From Candidatus Berkelbacteria bacterium (lineage in GTDB: Bacteria; Patescibacteriota; UBA1384; JACPKC01): a stretch of 64,000 bases of DNA. How positions within the stretch are numbered: position 1 is the first letter of the stretch; every line of letters starts with the position of its first letter. The stretch spans positions 17,004 to 81,003 of the forward strand of contig JACPKC010000004.1 of assembly GCA_016187225.1 (NCBI GenBank), written 5' to 3'. Positions 28,312 through 37,653 of this stretch are shown here, in pieces. The notes under the pieces were generated by a model, which saw nothing but the letters and a program-made list of their open reading frames with translations, made no database searches and had not been told where the DNA came from. Made by a program: the position numbers and the translations under genes.

Positions 28312-28858
28312 TCTTGTTATCGCTTTCATATGAACCGTTCGGCACGTTTTGATGCCACGCTAATTGGTACTCGGCCAGTTGTTTGGGCGTAAAAGCGACA
28401 AACCGGATTTCACTGAACTGATCCGGATACTGCTTAATCCACTCGACTACAGTTGCAATAGCAATCGTTGTCGCTTCGGCGGCGGGGTAACCGTAAGTTC
28501 CGGTGCCAAGTGATGGGAAGGCGATACTGCGTACCTGACGCTCTGCCGCAAGAATCAAGCATGATCGGTAACAGTGCGCGAGGAGTTCAGCCTCTTGGCC
28601 TGCATGGTGACTATAAACTGGAGCCACTGTATGAATCACGAAACGGACTGACAGTGTGTGCCCCCGTGTCACAACGGCTTGGCCAGTCTCGCAGTGACCA
28701 AGCTTCTGACATTCGGTCCAAAGTTCTGGTCCAATTGCCCGATGAATGGCGCCCGAAACGCCTGAACCGGGCCGCAAATGTGGGTTCGCCGCGTTAACGA
28801 TCGCATCAACTACTTGTTTTGCAATATTGCCTTCAACGAAAGTCACCCGAGTGGTCAT
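28295..28858 (-). CDS. macro domain protein (ADP-ribose/O-acetyl-ADP-ribose hydrolase, YmdB-like)
   Basis: DAIVNAANPHLRPGSGVSGAIHRAIGPEL and GTGTYGYP motifs. It overlaps the downstream nuclease gene. Confidence 0.8.
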   Translation of the reverse strand: MTTRVTFVEGNIAKQVVDAIVNAANPHLRPGSGVSGAIHRAIGPELWTECQKLGHCETGQAVVTRGHTLSVRFVIHTVAPVYSHHAGQEAELLAHCYRSCLILAAERQVRSIAFPSLGTGTYGYPAAEATTIAIATVVEWIKQYPDQFSEIRFVAFTPKQLAEYQLAWHQNVPNGSYESDNKNDATF

Positions 28859-28953
28859 GGTAAGATTGTAGCTCGTTTTTTCAGGATTAAATAGGGGGAG
28901 CGATAGGACTACTGGACGCTGTTTGCACATTGAAACTACCGTGCGGCCAGACC

Positions 28954-29802
28954 TTAATCACAAAAGTCGCTTTTGCTACCACTCATGGAATCAGCGGCCG
29001 GCAGTGTTTTGATCCGCGCTTGATCTTCACTTGGCATATAGGGAAACGGGCAGATTACGTAGTGATACAAACCCGGATGTTCGGCCGCCCAAGTTGAATT
29101 GCTAGAGATCTTATTTTTTTGCCTCAAGTCGTAAGCTGTCCACGAAATGAACGTGTTATTATTTTTGCGCATTCCAACCGCGGTTGCGATGGTTTCACCT
29201 TGAAATATCTTAATCGGCGGTGAGATAGGCGTTGAGCGTGAATCATTTTCTTTTGGCTCTGGGAGTTTATCGATCATAGCTTGCAGTTTGAAAGGAATTT
29301 CAAGCAAATGATCAAAACGATTTAGAATTCCGCAGGGCGATAAAACGTCAAAAACATATTGTGTCTCCTCGCCAACTAGAAATCGAGCGGCCTGAACGAT
29401 TTCTCCATTCATCGGCGCCGTAATGGAGATTGCTTCATTAGGTGATCTATCGAAACGAAAACCAGCTGTTGGCTCATAGCCGACCGAGCGCATCTGGCCC
29501 GGATAGAGCACCGAAGTTGCCTCGTCAAGCTCGGTGATCGAAGAGAACGCCAATGGCTCGGGGCAAGCTATCGGAGTGCCGACTGATTGCCAACCATCCG
29601 CGCTCTGGACCCAGTATTTGCTTGCGTTTTGACTGTCTTGCGCAGAACTGTCATCCGTTATGTTTGTTTGAGGATTATCTCGACTTTGCTTCCCATCAAT
29701 GGTATTTATAGCCACAAAAACAGCAAGCAAGGCGACGCTTATGAGCAAAATCCACTTAAGCCATGAGTGAGGTGATTTTTTTGATTGCAAATTTTCTTCC
29801 AT
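28954..29802 (-). CDS. membrane-anchored extracytoplasmic hypothetical protein
   Basis: N-terminal TM. It abuts the upstream PQQ-repeat gene at 29802/29803. Confidence 0.4.
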   Translation of the reverse strand: MEENLQSKKSPHSWLKWILLISVALLAVFVAINTIDGKQSRDNPQTNITDDSSAQDSQNASKYWVQSADGWQSVGTPIACPEPLAFSSITELDEATSVLYPGQMRSVGYEPTAGFRFDRSPNEAISITAPMNGEIVQAARFLVGEETQYVFDVLSPCGILNRFDHLLEIPFKLQAMIDKLPEPKENDSRSTPISPPIKIFQGETIATAVGMRKNNNTFISWTAYDLRQKNKISSNSTWAAEHPGLYHYVICPFPYMPSEDQARIKTLPAADSMSGSKSDFCD

Positions 29803-31485
29803 TTAATCTCCCCGATACCCACTTTGAGTATCTTCCGGCCAAATAGTATCCTTACAGTTCTTCCGGTATTGATCTAATTCAGTTTGAATGATATTTCTCT
29901 GATCCATGCCGAAAATTCCATAGTAACTTCCTGCATCGCCATAGACACGACGAGGACAAGGGTTAGCACTCGAAGCGGGGGCGCTTGCAGAATCATTTTT
30001 ACTATTTTTATTAAAAACAGACCAAATAAGTATTATCAAGAATACTGAACAGATCACTAAAGCAACAATAATCATTTTGTTTGCTTTGTGGATCGCTAAG
30101 ATGATGGCGACAAAAATTACCAAAAGCGTACCGACGGCGATTAGGGTGAGTAGTAAATTTGAATTTGAATTTTTTGTTGACTGACCTTGTGTAGCGAATG
30201 AGTTTTGTACGGCTGGTCCCTGGCCAGAACCGATTGCATAAAGACTCCCGGCGATCGATGTAAAATAAATCGTACCGTCAGAGCCGATTGCCGGCGATGA
30301 GTCAACTCCGCTTGAGACAGGTATTTTCCACTTTTCTTTTCCATCTGGAGAATAGGCGTAGAAGTAATTTGCTAAAGTTCCAAAATATATTGTGCCGTCG
30401 GAACCGAGTGCCGGTGATGAGCTTAGAGCCTCATATTGATTTGGAGTTTGTGAGCGCCAAAGCTCCTTGCCGCTTGTATCGTATCCGTAAAAAATTCCTC
30501 CCCAGTCACCGAAAAAGAGCTTAGAGTCATTTGAAAGTGCCGGAGTAATGCTTAGTCCGTTTTCAAAAGGCGTTCGCCATTTTTGCTCTCCATCGGAAGT
30601 TAGAGCATAAGCAAAAGCTTTTCGTGGATCCTTAGCGCCCTTGGCGAGAAAATATATCGTCCCGTCAGGCCCGATCATTGGAGAACCCTCTTGAACGCCT
30701 TCCGGAGGATTGAATTTCCATTTAATTTCTTTGTTAGTAGTTATTGCGAAGAGCATATTGGCACAATTGTTATCTGCGCAATCGTTCGCTGAAACTAAGA
30801 TAGTACCGTCATCGGCAATAGCTGGTGTTCCATTGACCCACGAAGAGCCGCCTGGGTCCCAGCTCCACTTTAGGCTTCCATCTGGATTAAATGCATAAAA
30901 ATAAGAAGGTCTCTCTTGCGGTCTGCCGGTTTCAGTTGGCGGATAGAGTTCGCTACCCACATAGATCGTTCTATCAAGTCCAATGGCTGGAGTTGGCCAG
31001 GCATTTTTAAAAGTAAAAACAGGATATTTCCATTTTTCACTTCCGTCAGATGTTATAGCATAAAAATTGCCACTCATCGGCAAAAAATAAATTGTTCCAT
31101 CATTACCTATTGTTGGAGAACCTTGAGCACAGCTTTCGCCACCCCATTCGATAGAACGCACTGGCTCGCCGCCTTTGAATTTCCACTTTAAACTCCCATC
31201 TTGATTGATCGCATAGAGATAACATCGGTGATCGGCGAAATAAATCACACCTTTTGCGTCAATAACAGGAGATGTTTCTATCTGCCCTTCGGCTTTGAAT
31301 TCCCATTTGATAGTGCCATTAGTTTTTGAGGTATCGTACTTAGATTGTCCAGTTAACTTTCGATCACCGTGGAACACTGGCCAAGATGAATCGGCAAGAC
31401 CAGAGATAGTAGCAAGAGACGTTTCTGTTTGAATAAAAAGAGCGACAAATAATCCGAGAATGGCGAGTGACTTTTTAATTTTCAT
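29803..31485 (-). CDS. PQQ-like beta-propeller repeat surface protein with C-terminal TM helices
   Basis: Signal peptide. Repeated DGS(L/E)KWK(F/Y) and GTIYF motifs. Two C-terminal TM helices and a cytoplasmic tail. Confidence 0.6.
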   Translation of the reverse strand: MKIKKSLAILGLFVALFIQTETSLATISGLADSSWPVFHGDRKLTGQSKYDTSKTNGTIKWEFKAEGQIETSPVIDAKGVIYFADHRCYLYAINQDGSLKWKFKGGEPVRSIEWGGESCAQGSPTIGNDGTIYFLPMSGNFYAITSDGSEKWKYPVFTFKNAWPTPAIGLDRTIYVGSELYPPTETGRPQERPSYFYAFNPDGSLKWSWDPGGSSWVNGTPAIADDGTILVSANDCADNNCANMLFAITTNKEIKWKFNPPEGVQEGSPMIGPDGTIYFLAKGAKDPRKAFAYALTSDGEQKWRTPFENGLSITPALSNDSKLFFGDWGGIFYGYDTSGKELWRSQTPNQYEALSSSPALGSDGTIYFGTLANYFYAYSPDGKEKWKIPVSSGVDSSPAIGSDGTIYFTSIAGSLYAIGSGQGPAVQNSFATQGQSTKNSNSNLLLTLIAVGTLLVIFVAIILAIHKANKMIIVALVICSVFLIILIWSVFNKNSKNDSASAPASSANPCPRRVYGDAGSYYGIFGMDQRNIIQTELDQYRKNCKDTIWPEDTQSGYRGD

Positions 31486-31491
31486 TATCTG

Positions 31492-32367
31492 CTAAAGTTC
31501 CGGATAGCCAAAAATCGGAATTTCATAGTTGCCATATTTCCAGACACGCTGGCTCTTCTCTGGAGCGGGCGTAAAAATATTATCAATTGGTTGCGCACTT
31601 GATTTAGGATCGACATAAACACCATCGCCACAATTTGTGATGATGTTATTTTTGATAATTTGCGATCCAGCAATAGACGCTATGCCGGTATGGCAATCAT
31701 CTATCATATTGCCTGAAACTTCTTGATCGCTGTTGAACTTAAGATCAATCCCCTCGTGTCCCGCGTCAGATAAATAATTTTTAATTATTTTGATATTTGA
31801 GTTAGCCGACGATATCGCTCCCCACAGAGCGTGTCGAGATATAGTATTTTGGATAACGCTATTTGGCTGTTTTCCAGTCGGGTTAATTCCGTTGCGAGTA
31901 TATTCAACAGTAACATTGTCTACGATACTCTCATCGCCTTGAAAGATTATCGCCTCCCAATCAGCTAAATTTGGTTTTTTTTCCGCAGATGTGAAGACAA
32001 TGGGTTTCGCTTGTTCACCTTTGGCGATGATTTTTTTTAAAATAAAAAGACTAGAGTGAGTGGTTGAATACGCTTTGAGTCGTGTTGGGTCTTTGTCGTT
32101 AAAACCATCTGGCGGTATTTCGTCCCCCCAATGGCGATCATCCCCAACAGAAAATTTAATCGTCGTTCCAGGTAAAACAGTCAGGTCCCCTAGAATTACA
32201 ATATCCCCGGTAACGAAAATGTTATCACTCCAAACCTGATTGCCGATAAACCACCCGCTTATAGAAGCATTGGATGTTTGGGTTGTTGAAAAAAATTTGT
32301 AGGTGGTGAAGATAATAATAAAAACTATAATTATCAGCAAAATATATGATATTTTTTTCCAGTTCAT
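31492..32367 (-). CDS. secreted right-handed beta-helix repeat protein
   Basis: N-terminal TM. Parallel beta-helix-like repeats NCGDGVYVD and DDCHTGIAS. Confidence 0.4.
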   Translation of the reverse strand: MNWKKISYILLIIIVFIIIFTTYKFFSTTQTSNASISGWFIGNQVWSDNIFVTGDIVILGDLTVLPGTTIKFSVGDDRHWGDEIPPDGFNDKDPTRLKAYSTTHSSLFILKKIIAKGEQAKPIVFTSAEKKPNLADWEAIIFQGDESIVDNVTVEYTRNGINPTGKQPNSVIQNTISRHALWGAISSANSNIKIIKNYLSDAGHEGIDLKFNSDQEVSGNMIDDCHTGIASIAGSQIIKNNIITNCGDGVYVDPKSSAQPIDNIFTPAPEKSQRVWKYGNYEIPIFGYPEL

Positions 32368-32458
32368 AAAATTAGTTTAGCATGATTCGCCCCGCCAATG
32401 GCGGGGCTGGGCGAGCGAACCTTCTCATCTTCAAAAAATGAGTTCGTATCTAATTTCT

Positions 32459-32533
32459 TGGCTCCGGGGGTAGGATTCGAACCTACGATTTCCACGTCCA
32501 GAGCGTGGCGTCCTGCCGCTAGACGACCCCGGA
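32459..32533 (-). tRNA. tRNA-Gln (anticodon CUG)
   Basis: A 75-nt cloverleaf with a TTCGAAT T-loop, the anticodon loop CUCUGGA, and an encoded CCA. Confidence 0.85.
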
Positions 32534-32552
32534 AGAATGAATCAAGTTTACC

Positions 32553-34346
32553 TTACGCGACACTAGCCATGAGCCGGGCAAATTCTTCGCGTTCGATAGT
32601 TTCTTGCTTTAGAAGTTTTTCAGCAATTTTTTTGAGCGTTGCCTTATGTTTGGTGAGAAGGGTGCGAGTTTTTTGCTCGGCCTCGAGAATAATTCGGCGC
32701 ACTTCAGAATCAAGTTGGGCGGCGATCGTTTCAGAGTAATTGTGTTCGTCGCGGAAATCTCGACCCAGAAAAACTAATTCGTCGCGATGGCCAAACTGGA
32801 TTGGTCCCAAAGCTTCGCTCATGCCATAAACGCGTACCATATCGCGGGCGATTTTAGTCGCTTTTTTCAAATCATTTTCAGCGCCTGTCGTTGTTTCATT
32901 AAAGATCAATCGTTCAGCCTCGCGCCCGCCTAAAAGAGAAGCGATCTCATCTTCAAACTTGCTCTTTGTGACCAGTCGTCGATCTTCCTCGGGCAAGCTC
33001 CAGGTATAACCAAGGGCTGATCCGCGCGAAACGAGCGAGATTTTATGGATTGGATCGGTATTGGGCAGTAAATGGCCGACAAGCGCGTGTCCCACTTCAT
33101 GGTAGGCGGCAACCTGTTTTTCTTGTTCGTTCATGAGTTTGCTTTTACGCTCTGGCCCGATCAGCACTTTCTCGATCGCGTGATTAAAAGTCTGCTGATT
33201 CACTTCCTTAAGACTATCGCGCGCCGCCAAAATAGCCGCTTCATTGACGATATTTTTAAGGTCGGCGCCCGAGGCGCCTGGGGTGGCGCCGGCGATATGC
33301 TCTAAGTTTATATCTTTAGCAATCGGCTTGTTATTCATGTGGAGTTTAAGAATTTCTTTACGTTCTTCTCGGTCAGGGAGCTCCATGATGACGCGTCGAT
33401 CAAAGCGACCCGGTCGCAAGAGCGCTGGGTCGAGAACATCGGGTCGATTAGTGGCCGCGATTACAATGACGCGCGCATCAGTTTCAAAACCATCCATCTC
33501 CACCAAGATTTGATTGAGAGTTTGTTCGCGTTCATCATGACTGCCTCCAAGCCCCGTGCCGCGCTGACGACCAATCGCATCGAGTTCATCGATGAAGATC
33601 ACGGCTGGCGCATTCCGCTTGGCTTTTGAAAATAGATCACGCACGCGCGACGCCCCCACGCCAACAAACATTTCCACAAATTCAGAAGCTGAAAGCGAGA
33701 AGAATGGCACCTTAGCCTCGCCGGCCACGGCTTTGGCGAGAAGAGTTTTACCGACACCAGGAGGCCCAACAAGCAGAACGCCTTTAGGGATCTCGGCGCC
33801 GATCTCGGCATACTTTTTTGGATTTTTGAGAAAGTCAACAACCTCGATCAGTTCCTGCTTGGCTTCACGCGCTCCCGCCACGTCTTTAAAGGTAATTTTC
33901 TTTTTGCCTACAAATAACCGCGCTTGAGATTTACCAAACGAAAGGGCGCGCATACTGCCAGCTTGAGCTTGGCGCAAGATGAACCAGAGCAAGAGCCCAA
34001 CAAAAATAAAGGGCAAAAACAGAGAAATCAGCGAACCCAGAAGCGCGCCGCTGGCGGGATTTTCGATTTTAATTGAAACTTTTTCAGGCGTGATGCCGTA
34101 GTCAGTTAAGCTAACGCCAGCTTCCTTAAAAGTGCGTAGTTTGGTTCCATCTGCCAGCTCGGCGATCACCTCTTCATTGTCGACAGTTACTTGACGGATT
34201 TGGTTTTCTTTAACAAGTTGGGCAATTTCTGAAATCGTTGATTCTTTGGGCGTGGAACTGTCATTTCGAATCAACCCAAAAAGCACCAGACCAGCCAGGG
34301 CTAAAAAAATGAGCGTAAAAATCGAGCGATTTAGTTGAGGATTCAT
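32553..34346 (-). CDS. ftsH: ATP-dependent zinc metalloprotease FtsH
   Basis: N-terminal TMs, AAA Walker A (GPPGVGKT), SRH, and HEXXH (HEVGH). Confidence 0.95.
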   Translation of the reverse strand: MNPQLNRSIFTLIFLALAGLVLFGLIRNDSSTPKESTISEIAQLVKENQIRQVTVDNEEVIAELADGTKLRTFKEAGVSLTDYGITPEKVSIKIENPASGALLGSLISLFLPFIFVGLLLWFILRQAQAGSMRALSFGKSQARLFVGKKKITFKDVAGAREAKQELIEVVDFLKNPKKYAEIGAEIPKGVLLVGPPGVGKTLLAKAVAGEAKVPFFSLSASEFVEMFVGVGASRVRDLFSKAKRNAPAVIFIDELDAIGRQRGTGLGGSHDEREQTLNQILVEMDGFETDARVIVIAATNRPDVLDPALLRPGRFDRRVIMELPDREERKEILKLHMNNKPIAKDINLEHIAGATPGASGADLKNIVNEAAILAARDSLKEVNQQTFNHAIEKVLIGPERKSKLMNEQEKQVAAYHEVGHALVGHLLPNTDPIHKISLVSRGSALGYTWSLPEEDRRLVTKSKFEDEIASLLGGREAERLIFNETTTGAENDLKKATKIARDMVRVYGMSEALGPIQFGHRDELVFLGRDFRDEHNYSETIAAQLDSEVRRIILEAEQKTRTLLTKHKATLKKIAEKLLKQETIEREEFARLMASVA

Positions 34347-34349
34347 ATT

Positions 34350-34424
34350 TGGTGGCTCCGGGAGGATTCGAACCTCCGACCCACGGCTTATGATGCCGTT
34401 GCTCTACCGCTGAGCTACAGAGCC
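34350..34424 (-). tRNA. tRNA-Met (anticodon CAU), elongator-like
   Basis: A 75-nt cloverleaf with a G1-C72 pair, a TTCGAAT T-loop, anticodon loop AUCAUAA, and an encoded CCA. It starts 4 nt upstream of the ftsH start codon. Confidence 0.85.
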
Positions 34425-34442
34425 AAGCAGAGCTTTTTAATT

Positions 34443-34516
34443 TGGGCGCGGGGCCAGGATTTGCACCTGGGACTGAGGCTTATGAGACCTCCATGTTGCT
34501 ACTACACTACCCCGCA
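34443..34516 (-). tRNA. atypical tRNA with CAU anticodon (Met/fMet/Ile2 candidate)
   Basis: A 74-nt cloverleaf with a U1.G72 pair, C73, a T-loop reading UGCAAAU (G at position 55), no G19 in the D-loop, anticodon loop CUCAUAA, and an encoded CCA. Confidence 0.55.
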
Positions 34517-34560
34517 TCGGCAAGGCGCATTATATCAGCGTTGATGAGGAGCGGCAAGCT

Positions 34561-34989
34561 TCAGGATTTGCTCCGGCGGTGAAGAAGCCAGTTAATCCAT
34601 GTTTGGGCATTTGAACTTGCTTTATCAAAAAACCCTTTAGCTGTATCTGTTTGTGTATCTTTGGCAACTACCGGGAATTCAGTCGTTTGTGATTGATTGT
34701 CGCGGTTTTTGGCAATTAAAACAACAGTTTCACCGGGTCGTTTTAGACCCAATCGGCGGCGCGCTTCCAACTCACGATACGCCGTGCTTTGATAGTAAAA
34801 AATCTGATTTTTTAAATATGCAAGCCGATACTCCAAGGTTTCAATATCCTCTTTAAGTTGACGAATCTGTTCACTGATGGAGTAGTTTTTTTGGATTGCT
34901 CGGCCAAGGTTAATAAATACATAACTTAACATAAGCACTGCTAGTGTTCTGATCACAATCAAACCTAGACGAGCTTGAATTCGCGCCAT
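34561..34989 (-). CDS. septum formation initiator family protein (FtsB/DivIC-like)
   Basis: N-terminal TM, a coiled coil, and an ELEARRRLGLKRPGE signature. Confidence 0.6.
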   Translation of the reverse strand: MARIQARLGLIVIRTLAVLMLSYVFINLGRAIQKNYSISEQIRQLKEDIETLEYRLAYLKNQIFYYQSTAYRELEARRRLGLKRPGETVVLIAKNRDNQSQTTEFPVVAKDTQTDTAKGFFDKASSNAQTWINWLLHRRSKS

Positions 34990-35023
34990 CCCAACTATTA
35001 TACAGCTTTTAGCTGGTTAAAGT

Positions 35024-37519
35024 TTACCAACGGCCGCCGCGGTCATTCCGTCTGTTTTTTTTGGGTTCCGAAGGAGGAGGGGTCGAGTCGGCGGCATTTG
35101 TTTCAGGTTTTGAAATCCACCATTGGTAGCCATAATAGCCGCCAAAGCCGGCGGCCGCGGCGATGATAATAATAAGAAGAGTCACCCAGGTTCGGGTTGT
35201 GTCCGAAACCTTTTTTTCATCCGTGCCGCCTTTAATTTGGCCCGAGTCATCAGTCGGTTTTTCGCCTTCAGCTTGGCCACCGATTGGCGCAGGTTCTTCA
35301 GTTTCGGCTGGCGCCGTCGTCGGAGTTGGCGTGGCAGAAAGTTTTGCTGGTTGGGGTGTTGGCGTGGCAGTTGGCGCGCTGGTTGTAGTTGCAACTACAA
35401 AGTCGGCGATCGGTTGAGGTTTTCTAGGAGTGACAGTGACTGTTGTGTAGGCGCTTGAGTTTCTCACCGCATCAAGGCTGGCGAGGCCAATTTCATAAGT
35501 CATGTCGTTGAGTAAGCCTTTGAGCGTCAGCTGGGTAAAGTCGCCGCCCGAGAGAAAGAGGGTGGTGTATTCGGTTTGATTCGAAGCGCGATAACGCAGA
35601 TTGTAACCAATTGCCTCCGGCACCGCATTCCAGTTCAGCATCGCCTGTCCATCGCTCTGCTCAACACGTGTAAATGTTGGCAAGGCAGGCGCCGCAATAT
35701 CGGCTGAACCAGTAACGTTGTCCAAAGTTTCGGCACGCGCATAAAGAAAGCCCGCGTAATTCACACCTTCTAATGTAATATCGGTTGCGTTGACACCAGT
35801 GCTTGCATAGAGATCCCAACGTTTTTCCGTCTCATTATAGAAACGGATGCCTTCCAGTTGCGTTTCGGTTGTAATGCCGGCGGCAGTGAGATCGGCTTGA
35901 GTGTAGAAAAGACGAATTTCAAGTGGTAAAGCGCTCGAATCACTTGAGCTTAAAGTTGCAATTCGACCAACGCGAATTTTGCCTATTGGTAATTCAACGC
36001 CAGTTGGATTCATCGCATCGTGATCGTGCACGCCCAAAATTGCTTCAGTTACACTGGGAGCGGCGATGAGAAGCAGTTGCGAAGGAACAAGAAAGTTTGC
36101 CAATCGATTTGCGCTTGTTACCGTCTGTTCGGTCAAAGCACTGTCATTAATCTCAACATCTATCTGGTCACCTTGGCTATCTTCATTGAGCGCCTCGTCG
36201 AGTGAGCGGACAATAAATTTGTGCTCACCGTTAGCAAAGATGTCGGTCGTGTAAGCCATCGTCAAAGAATCAACGGTCGTGAGAAGTGTATCTTCACCAT
36301 TTGAATGATGGTAAATCCGGTAACTTGCCACGTCACTTGATTCGGAAGGCAACCAGGTCAGTAGTACCATGCCGCGGTGAGTCGCGGCTTGCGTCTGCTG
36401 GGGTGGATTCGGCACAACCGTATCTTTGATAACCTCTGTCCGGGTAGCTTGACTGGATCGGTTTCCGAATTGATCCCAAACCCAAGCGCTTAATGTAAGT
36501 GGACCATCGGCAAGTAAATGCGCATCGAGCGTTAAAGTTGCTCCAGGCAAACCAGTGGCTGTCACTTCTCGCTCATTATCAGCGAGCGCAACTTCAATGG
36601 TTCTCACTAAACTTGGATCAGCCAGTGGAACCTCGATGACAACCGCAGTTTCATTCGCGCGATTCACTGTATTGGCTGGGTTTGTTTCGGTGGCGATAAT
36701 AGCGGACTGATTCGAAGCCAGAATGCTCATAGTTTGCTTGATGGCGCTGAATTGCGTCCACGCGCTCATAATTCCGGCATGTTCAGTATAGCCCTGGAGT
36801 GTGATCGCGCCGTCGACAAGGGTTTGAGCATCGATTTTTGCAAGAGTGGCGCTTGCAATCTGCTCATCGCGAGTCGAGGCGAGAGGGGTTAGATTGCCCA
36901 AACTGTCGACAATAGACGCGTTCAAGCTGGCGCTTCCTTCAAATGCGCCGAGCAAGGTGACCTCGTTCACATTGGCGCTAGTGATTACGTTTTCAGGTGT
37001 CTGATCGGTGGCGGCGACAATTAAACTCGCTAAAGTGTTTGGCGCCTCAATTATTGCGGTTGCGTTTGTTGCCGCTTCGGTCTCATCGACATTCGAAACC
37101 CAACGACCGGTGCCATCGATGGTCCGGGCGATTGAGTCACTCAAAGATGGAGCAGGTATGGTCGCAGCCAGTGAATCACCCCACGCGAGTGTTTCAACAG
37201 TAATATCCGCTTGATTTAGCTTGACCCAATCTTCACTGCGCTCAAGGGATTCAGGTAACTCAACTGCCAAATAACTCCCAGCATTCAAATTATCATTTCC
37301 GAGCAGGAGTGAAGAGCTCGACGAGCTAATACTCCAACTCGAAAGATTGATTGGCGCCGTTGATGGATTAAAAATTTCAACCCAGTCATGCGTCGGTGAA
37401 ACTTCATTGATGACGAGCCGATTTTCAGCGCCTGGCTCCGTGGCCAAAGCAAAATTCGGTGGCAAAAACTGCACGCATAAAGTCACAAGCAAACAACGCG
37501 CGACCCAAATCTTCCACAT
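35024..37519 (-). CDS. surface protein with a lamin-tail domain, FN3 repeats, a Pro/Thr-rich stalk and a C-terminal TM anchor
   Basis: ATG with an AGGAGG ribosome-binding site and a signal peptide. Lamin-tail domain (LVINEVSPTHDWVEIFNPS...LSSWSIS) and FN3 segments (LLTWLPSESSDVASYRIY, AMLNWNAVPEAIGYNLRY). A C-terminal TM is followed by a basic tail. Confidence 0.6.
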   Translation of the reverse strand: MWKIWVARCLLVTLCVQFLPPNFALATEPGAENRLVINEVSPTHDWVEIFNPSTAPINLSSWSISSSSSSLLLGNDNLNAGSYLAVELPESLERSEDWVKLNQADITVETLAWGDSLAATIPAPSLSDSIARTIDGTGRWVSNVDETEAATNATAIIEAPNTLASLIVAATDQTPENVITSANVNEVTLLGAFEGSASLNASIVDSLGNLTPLASTRDEQIASATLAKIDAQTLVDGAITLQGYTEHAGIMSAWTQFSAIKQTMSILASNQSAIIATETNPANTVNRANETAVVIEVPLADPSLVRTIEVALADNEREVTATGLPGATLTLDAHLLADGPLTLSAWVWDQFGNRSSQATRTEVIKDTVVPNPPQQTQAATHRGMVLLTWLPSESSDVASYRIYHHSNGEDTLLTTVDSLTMAYTTDIFANGEHKFIVRSLDEALNEDSQGDQIDVEINDSALTEQTVTSANRLANFLVPSQLLLIAAPSVTEAILGVHDHDAMNPTGVELPIGKIRVGRIATLSSSDSSALPLEIRLFYTQADLTAAGITTETQLEGIRFYNETEKRWDLYASTGVNATDITLEGVNYAGFLYARAETLDNVTGSADIAAPALPTFTRVEQSDGQAMLNWNAVPEAIGYNLRYRASNQTEYTTLFLSGGDFTQLTLKGLLNDMTYEIGLASLDAVRNSSAYTTVTVTPRKPQPIADFVVATTTSAPTATPTPQPAKLSATPTPTTAPAETEEPAPIGGQAEGEKPTDDSGQIKGGTDEKKVSDTTRTWVTLLIIIIAAAAGFGGYYGYQWWISKPETNAADSTPPPSEPKKNRRNDRGGRW

Positions 37520-37653
37520 ATTTCCTCCTCGTTCGTAGTTGAAATGGCTACTTCTTACGTAGCCAGGGTCGAGGAGGCATGTCAAGTGGAAAATTCATTA
37601 TACATTTTGCGTTCGTACAGAAAATGTTTTTTACGAGTTTAAATTTAGAAAAC

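Noticed and set aside
32389-32407. Perfect 8-bp GC hairpin considered as a terminator for tRNA-Gln or the 32367 gene
   Set aside because: There is no U-tract on either strand. I have recorded it only as a structural element.
32398-32739. 113-aa plus-strand ORF
   Set aside because: It runs across the tRNA-Gln gene and the 3' end of ftsH on the opposite strand.
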